Source: an uncultured Verrucomicrobiota bacterium
Lineage (GTDB): Bacteria > Verrucomicrobiota > Kiritimatiellia > CAIQIC01 > Lenti-01
DNA: 28,023 nucleotides
Reading direction: 5' to 3'
NCBI GenBank assembly: GCA_964402575.1
Contig: CAYODC010000005.1
Coordinates: forward strand, 1 to 28,023
Part shown: piece by piece, positions 23,501 to 28,023 of the stretch
Numbering within the stretch: position 1 is the first letter of the stretch
Layout: each line of letters begins with the position of its first letter
Made by a program: the position numbers and the translations under genes
Notes under the pieces: generated by a model
Told to the model about the DNA's origin: nothing
The model's database searches: none
The model's input: only the letters and a program-made list of their open reading frames with translations

Positions 23501-24196
23501 TCTGCCAGAGAACACGAATCATGGATCACCCTCATGGACAATCGGGTGTGTTCTTTTGATTTCCCGTTACATGACAAGCTTGAGAGAATGTGTAATTATC
23601 CTTCGACGTTTAACATGGAAGAGCTGTCCTATGGCGCGTTGATTCATGTCAATCCAGACCGGGCAGTGACCTTCGTGGAATCGCACGATGAAATCAGACC
23701 GTATGGCGCAAATGACAAAATTGGCATGCAATACAATAAAGAGCTAGCCTATGCCTTCATCCTAATGTCCGAAGGCCAACCCTGTGTGTTCCGCCAGGAT
23801 TATCTCGATGCGCCTTACGCCGATCCCGACGCTCCTGCCGATTCCATTGATGACGGATGGACGGGCAGTCCGCTGAAAACCCTTATCGATCCTTTGATTG
23901 ATGCACGGAAAAAGTATGCGGGCGGAGCTACGGTCTATCTGTCCACCGCAAATAAAGATCGACTGTTCATTGCCAAACGGGAAGGCACCGAAACCAAGGA
24001 TGGATGTATCTTAGTTATCAACAATCATCTCTCGCAGACGCTCACGAACAGCGTCGATACGGGCTGGACACAGGGGACCGTGCTGGTTGATGCGCTGAAT
24101 ACGAACCACTCTGTCACCGTGCAATCCGGCGGTATGGCTCCCCTGAGCGCATCGAACAGGTTCTACCGGGTGTATGTTCGTCAATCAGCCCTGTAA
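20507..24196 (+). CDS. Secreted multidomain GH13 alpha-amylase-like protein (1229 aa from ATG 20507)
   Basis: Signal peptide; DxDxDG calcium-binding TSP3-like repeats (~21340-21600); beta-sandwich sugar-binding-like region; GH13 regions VDTVLNH, RFDYTQG (D at 23393), VGEYW (E at 23474), FVESHD (D at 23687); C-terminal beta domain. Confidence 0.92.
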   Translation: MNAIRKGVLVALLTITILPVAALAQLNTLDSLVTHYLEQRPEMAPLIPPLQPAVLKTIETMIRKSDYSFQDWEDWYAGWGESSWSAEGELADYSGQTLLVYEDLSEAAIQIVTSDGKLVATYESEPFPNFSTLTRTAADNAFLEELNLRSIMFWVSIENESVASARAAAASSAVLSGSGGMAMMSMGGSNNFEVIEIGQTNTGMAVTFAWPATFTNRVNIYSFDGGEFTGRVSWTLADVGYVTAGTNQLRWIDSGQLGRALPGETGVRFYAAGAGAEVDADGDGYGDSYEYLVLHTSTNDPDTDNDLVSDGPFDPDNAGSIVSGPDAFPFDPNEWLDTDGDGIGDNSDPDIDGDGIPNGSDPEPLTAGIIAPFKVCSVISTNPPGSDAGDEQFDISSAGRMLPYASGGNAISGFGRIHGGIYLNHDGTNLYIGVAGYSKQAAEDGDDALLIVLDTKSGGVSGLNAISSGPKGLRICDNLLFQAGTFEPDVGILVGNRNSDGRNELTAQIGGKEYGQGVYVLAGNVATNMTPAFTESGPSPISQWGDTPYSTILANAGIEIAIPLSNLLDSAWSPATTTAIYAAAIVLGGDNDTQRWLSSEAYGASVSGSFGNNNTTLLGTRVYLSPIPAPEPSTTPLFDDGEVMIQSFGWDVPRPVTTHFNTMSVVGSFNSWNPAVNNMTPIGDDTWEYIHVFTNASSVAFKFAANGVWSNQWGENNQSDFILPINGSYAEYNVGNIVISNTLNGSVRFRFNNGSQIYSVEAVTNGTPTTLLSGYSDMYWYARLQQEVESNLYARFDRVWMNPPQKGRSGKYSVGYDVFDPYDLGSYNQKGTVPTRYGTEDQLDACYQAFAQKGIDCIVDTVLNHMNNSEVSNRYDYVYSHRTFEKRNIGSGDTNGFFNVDYTDFPFRYDFGFGLPEGVDAWDAYPDAHSADVNERSPYMRSGMKNNGNWLQAKLGAHGCRFDYTQGMGPDFFAEYMRSGLMRDRFAVGEYWTDNEYASAREHESWITLMDNRVCSFDFPLHDKLERMCNYPSTFNMEELSYGALIHVNPDRAVTFVESHDEIRPYGANDKIGMQYNKELAYAFILMSEGQPCVFRQDYLDAPYADPDAPADSIDDGWTGSPLKTLIDPLIDARKKYAGGATVYLSTANKDRLFIAKREGTETKDGCILVINNHLSQTLTNSVDTGWTQGTVLVDALNTNHSVTVQSGGMAPLSASNRFYRVYVRQSAL

Positions 24197-24204
24197 GGCG
24201 TGTC

Positions 24205-25002
24205 ATGAACATGTTGCGCTGTATGCTTTCCGTTGTCTTTTTGGGTATCTCTTCCAGCCATGCGGATACTCTCAGCTATCTCCGCTTTGAGGAGGGAAGT
24301 GGATATGGGGCCTATGATGAAACTGGATTAATGGATGGAGGGGTTTTGGGCTTCACCAGCGTCGATCCTGGCGGCGGAGATACGGGCGGGACGGGATGGA
24401 GCACCAATGTTTCTTCCGCATCGGTTCCTCAAACCGGCGAAGCCAATACCGGTTCGCTCCATTTTGGGCCAGGTATGGTCGATCTGAGCAATGCCAACGC
24501 TCTCAGCCTTGGCATGGAATTCACTATTGAGATGTTTCTAATGCCGAGTTCTCCCAATACATTTAATTCGATATTCGGGTTTTCTCCCGTATCCCAATTG
24601 TATTTTACCCTGATTGATTCGTCGGGAAATCTCTATTTTCGGATGCAATTTCAGGACCAGATCGACAGCCTTGTTCCTGCCACCTTGCTTCAAGAGAATG
24701 TATGGTCACATGTGGCTCTTGTCGTGGAATCAACGGAGTACAGCATTTATGTTGACGGGCAAAGTCAATATAACGGATCAATTCCTGCCAATGGTGAAGG
24801 TCCCTATTGGTTTTCCGGCGATCCCACCACCGGCAATCGGACATATGGCAACGGGTTCTGTGGCTGGCTTGATGAATTCCGCATCAGCGACGAAGCATTG
24901 TCGCCCAGCCAATTCCTGAACGCTTCCATACCTGAGCCAGGCACGCTTGGCCTTCTTTTTCTTGGCGCGACAGGTTTGATCTGTCGCAAACGGCGTAAAT
25001 AA
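24205..25002 (+). CDS. LamG-like jellyroll protein with PEP-CTERM sorting signal (265 aa)
   Basis: Signal peptide, YLRFEEGSG, FTIEMF, WSHVALV...IYVDG, GWLDEFRISDEAL, IPEPGTLGLLFLGATGLICRKRRK. Confidence 0.92.
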   Translation: MNMLRCMLSVVFLGISSSHADTLSYLRFEEGSGYGAYDETGLMDGGVLGFTSVDPGGGDTGGTGWSTNVSSASVPQTGEANTGSLHFGPGMVDLSNANALSLGMEFTIEMFLMPSSPNTFNSIFGFSPVSQLYFTLIDSSGNLYFRMQFQDQIDSLVPATLLQENVWSHVALVVESTEYSIYVDGQSQYNGSIPANGEGPYWFSGDPTTGNRTYGNGFCGWLDEFRISDEALSPSQFLNASIPEPGTLGLLFLGATGLICRKRRK

Positions 25003-25772
25003 CTGCACCATGATCTTCACCATATTGCGGAGATTATGAAGAGGAGCATTCTTACTCTGGCGGTTCAGATGCTGGCACTGGCGACATCCCATGCTGACAC
25101 CCTCAGCTACCTCCGCTTCGAGGAAGGAAGCGGATATGGCGCGTATGACGAAGCTGGACTGATGAATGGAGAAGTGCTTAATGTTAGTAATGTGTCAGCC
25201 GGGGGAGGGGATACAGGCCCTCAGGGTTGGAGTACAAATGTTTCTTCCGCAACAGTTCCGCTTATTGGTGAAGCCAATACCGGATCTATGCATTTTGCTG
25301 GAGGCAGTGCGTTCATTGACCTAAGCAATGCCAACATTCTTAGTCTCGGGCTCGAATTCACCATCGAACTATTTATGAAACCGGACATGCCGATAACGGC
25401 ATCGCCTATGTTTCATTTTTCTCCCGTCAGCGCACTTTCTTTTATGTTGGGCGAAGATTTTGGAAATCTTTACTTTTCCAGTTGGTTTCAATCTGCATCC
25501 ACATACGATTCGGCTAGCTTGGTCCAGATTGATGAGTGGCAGCATTTCGCCTTGGTTGTAGATTCAACGTCCTATGCGATCTATCTCAATGGCCAAGTTC
25601 AAGCCTCGGACTCTCTGCCCACAGGAGGCGAAGGCCCCTACTGGTTTTCCGGCGATCCCACTACCGGCAACCGAACCCTCGGTGATGGATTCCGTGGCTG
25701 GATCGACGAATTTCGCATCAGCGACGAAGCGTTGTTGCCCAGCCAATTCCTGAACGCTTCCATACCTGAGCC
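24903..25772 (+). repeat. 36-bp identical direct repeat shared by the two PEP-CTERM paralogues (24903-24938 and 25737-25772)
   Basis: GCCCAGCCAATTCCTGAACGCTTCCATACCTGAGCC read in both copies, within longer blocks of high similarity. Confidence 0.9.
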
Positions 25773-25836
25773 GGGGACGCTTGGACTGCTCGGCCTAGGT
25801 TTCATAAGCCTAATGACCCGAAAGCGACTTCGTTGA
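25036..25836 (+). CDS. LamG-like jellyroll protein with PEP-CTERM sorting signal (266 aa), tandem paralogue
   Basis: Same motifs as 24205-25002; IPEPGTLGLLGLGFISLMTRKRLR. Confidence 0.92.
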   Translation: MKRSILTLAVQMLALATSHADTLSYLRFEEGSGYGAYDEAGLMNGEVLNVSNVSAGGGDTGPQGWSTNVSSATVPLIGEANTGSMHFAGGSAFIDLSNANILSLGLEFTIELFMKPDMPITASPMFHFSPVSALSFMLGEDFGNLYFSSWFQSASTYDSASLVQIDEWQHFALVVDSTSYAIYLNGQVQASDSLPTGGEGPYWFSGDPTTGNRTLGDGFRGWIDEFRISDEALLPSQFLNASIPEPGTLGLLGLGFISLMTRKRLR

Positions 25837-25908
25837 TTCGCTCGGTTCCCCTCCCGCTGGCATCGTTTCTCCTTTCCTCCCTCGCACACATGGCCCACAA
25901 AGTGGCTC

Positions 25909-26607
25909 ATGCGAATCTCCGCCAAAAACCTCGGCCTCCTAGCGCTGCCCGATTGCTGTCCCAGATGTTTTTGGCTCCGTGCCAGACTGGGCTGGAAGTC
26001 TCCTTGGTCGATCATGCCAGGCATCTTCAGTTCCATTGACGGCTTCTCCAAGCGGGCCATCCTGGCTTACTTCGAGAAAACAGGCCATTTCCCGCCATGG
26101 ATTGCTGGCCGATGGGCTGACGTTCGCCCTTTGAAGTCTCCACACCACTCCACCTTCAGGCTCACCGATCCCGAAACTGGCGTAACCCTGACCGGCATTC
26201 CCGACCTGGTTCTTCGTCTCCCGAAGGATAAACTGGCCATCCTCGACCTAAAAACCGCCAGATTCAGCGACCATCAGGATTCCCTCCTGCCCATGTACCG
26301 AGTCCAACTGAACGGCTACGCCTTGATCGCGGAAAGCCTCGGCATGGGAACTGTGGATGCTCTGGGGCTCGTCTACGGGGAGCCTCCGCCCAATGATGCC
26401 AATCAGGGACTTGATGCCTTGGTAAGCGATGTGGGGTTCTCAATGCCATACAAGGCAACGGCAATGCCCATAGAACTCGACAGGGCTTTGATTCCGCCAT
26501 TGCTGCGAAAGGCCAAGGACATTCTGGAAATGGAGAGTGCTCCCGAAGGGCGGGAGGGTTGCAAGGAGTGCAGGCTGGTCGGGGAGATGGTCGAAATTTG
26601 CGGTTGA
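25909..26607 (+). CDS. PD-(D/E)XK nuclease, Cas4/RecB/AddB-like (232 aa)
   Basis: N-terminal DCCPRC, LTGIPD (motif II), ILDLKT (motif III), QLNGY (QxxxY), C-terminal GCKEC. Confidence 0.87.
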   Translation: MRISAKNLGLLALPDCCPRCFWLRARLGWKSPWSIMPGIFSSIDGFSKRAILAYFEKTGHFPPWIAGRWADVRPLKSPHHSTFRLTDPETGVTLTGIPDLVLRLPKDKLAILDLKTARFSDHQDSLLPMYRVQLNGYALIAESLGMGTVDALGLVYGEPPPNDANQGLDALVSDVGFSMPYKATAMPIELDRALIPPLLRKAKDILEMESAPEGREGCKECRLVGEMVEICG

Positions 26608-26748
26608 TTCTGGCACTGGCGTCGGAATGGGGCATCTTCTCCTTAACCCCCACTTTCACTACGCCTTGTTGACAGAACCGATCAATCCGATAGGATGTCG
26701 GCAACAACTCGGCAAGGGGAATGCCGATAAATATGAAGGGGGAAATCC

Positions 26749-27285
26749 ATGAGTAGGCTATCGAGTTCCGTGCAGAATGGAACGATCAAGCAGTGCGTTG
26801 TTGAGCCAGCCGAGACAAGCGAGAAGCAGCGAATCGAGAAGGCTACGGTTGATGCCTTTGTCCTGCTGTTCAACACCAGCCAAGGACAAGATTACGCCAT
26901 CCTGCAATACGGCGATGCACCAGACGCAACATGCAGAAACAGTTCAGGCCAGATCATGCAAGTCGAGGTCACCCTGACCGAGGACAACCCTGGCGACTGG
27001 GCATGGTCGCTTGGGAAAACAGCCCCCCCCCCTCCAAGATCATGGTTTGGCAATTGCCTTCAGAGGAACGTGCTCAACCGACTGCTGGATCGCCTAGACG
27101 ACAAGATTCTCAAGCGTTATGGTAAAGACACCGCCCTGGTCATCCGAGACAGTTCGGGCGTTGATTGGGACTGGGAGTATGTGGCAGATGAGATTCGATC
27201 TGCGCTGAGGCCAAGGTTCAACCCCTATGACATGGGGATTTGGATTCTCAACCGCACCAAATCTCGGCTCTTCAGGCTGACCTGA
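26749..27285 (+). CDS. Hypothetical protein, probable restriction-endonuclease-like fold (178 aa)
   Basis: E-rich first helix (EKQRIEK), GDAPDATC...QVEVT (PD...ExT), KILKRY and ALVI strand. The gene is well supported; the fold is inferred. Confidence 0.7.
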   Translation: MSRLSSSVQNGTIKQCVVEPAETSEKQRIEKATVDAFVLLFNTSQGQDYAILQYGDAPDATCRNSSGQIMQVEVTLTEDNPGDWAWSLGKTAPPPPRSWFGNCLQRNVLNRLLDRLDDKILKRYGKDTALVIRDSSGVDWDWEYVADEIRSALRPRFNPYDMGIWILNRTKSRLFRLT

Positions 27286-27302
27286 TTACTTCCCTTTGTC
27301 AG

Positions 27303-27566
27303 TCACTTGGCCTTTGGGAGGGCTTCTTTCTTGGAGTCTTTTTCGAGTACCCGCGCCATGTCCCGCTTTCCCCAGCCTCGGATTTCCTGAAGCCGTCCAT
27401 CTGGGCAAGTCAGGATGAGGTGCGGGTCATGACGGATGGTCGGGCAGGCCGTTGGGATCTTATGCCGACTCCAGCCATCGATATCTGGACGAAAGACACC
27501 CGATTGTACCGTCTCTCTATACCGCATATTTCCACCATGCTGATTTGGTTTTGGCTCTGTCGCCAA
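27303..27566 (-). CDS. Small hypothetical protein (up to 87 aa; possible start at MRYRET)
   Basis: Convergent with 26749-27285 with a 17-bp gap; protein-like composition; no family recognised. Confidence 0.45.
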   Translation of the reverse strand: MATEPKPNQHGGNMRYRETVQSGVFRPDIDGWSRHKIPTACPTIRHDPHLILTCPDGRLQEIRGWGKRDMARVLEKDSKKEALPKAK

Positions 27567-28023
27567 GGGCTGAGAGAAGGCGTTTGCGTACTAATGGTGC
27601 GGATATAACCACGATTTCCGAACATCACCAATAGTTCCATACTAATGTGACAAAATAGTGCCATCGACGGCACAAACAGGGCCATTATGGCACATATTTT
27701 ATCAGCGAAAGAAATTGAAGGCTCTCCTTATTCTCCTGAGCTTCAATGCATTAAATAATTTTAGCGCGTTGGCATGGGACCTGCAAACCATATGGCTATG
27801 AAGCTTGATTGTGAAATACAACGAGGTCTGGACGAAGAATCCAGCAAAGCAAGAGGCGGAATGGCATCCAACGGTCCTGAAAAAGGATCGATTCGTGCTT
27901 ATACAGCCATATGTATTTCGCTTACCCATACTCGGATTGTTAGTTAGAAACAGAAGGGGGGTGAAAATAATGTAAGCGTCCGGCCGAGCACCGCCTATTC
28001 TGAGACGGCGAAGTGATGCAGAG

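Noticed and set aside
22295-23515. 406-aa minus-strand ORF
   Set aside because: Antisense to the GH13 gene; explained by codon bias of the sense strand.
27715-27975. Plus-strand frame from TTG with a single in-frame TGA at 27799 (possible pseudogene or read-through)
   Set aside because: No recognisable homology, and TGA is a normal stop in many genes here, so it cannot be distinguished from chance.
1-28023. attL/attR direct repeat pair, tRNA/tmRNA target, CRISPR array
   Set aside because: No shared direct repeat between the window ends, no cloverleaf and no regularly spaced repeats found by eye; a self-dotplot and tRNAscan would be decisive.

Overview
The window looks like one integrative mobile element or genomic island with two halves. 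The host is probably a PVC-superphylum bacterium (Kiritimatiellota/Verrucomicrobiota-like); this is inferred from PEP-CTERM proteins, an SHD1-like domain and protein style, not from a search. The left arm (112-16634) is almost all on the minus strand. Reading leftward it carries two XRE regulators, two small unknown genes, a ClpX-like AAA+ ATPase with an unknown N-terminus, two more small genes, and a RuvB homologue translationally coupled to a catalytic-domain-only tyrosine recombinase. Next come a 0.9-kb non-coding region with repeats, an RHH protein, an AEP primase/PriCT-2/DUF3987 replication protein and a possible FseA-like activator. The arm ends with a C5 plus N6A methyltransferase pair and a coupled excisionase-integrase. 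The right arm (16747-27285, plus strand) is envelope and secreted cargo: a Sel1 lipoprotein, a zinc-ribbon membrane protein, a multidomain GH13 amylase and two tandem LamG/PEP-CTERM paralogues. It ends with two PD-(D/E)XK-type nuclease candidates. I recognised no capsid, terminase, relaxase, T4SS, tRNA, rRNA or CRISPR features. The best candidate for an undescribed system is the leftward XRE-ClpX-like-RuvB-tyrosine recombinase operon, where RuvB has no RuvA/RuvC and has a rewired RuvA-binding hairpin. All family calls are by-eye motif recognition; no database search was run.
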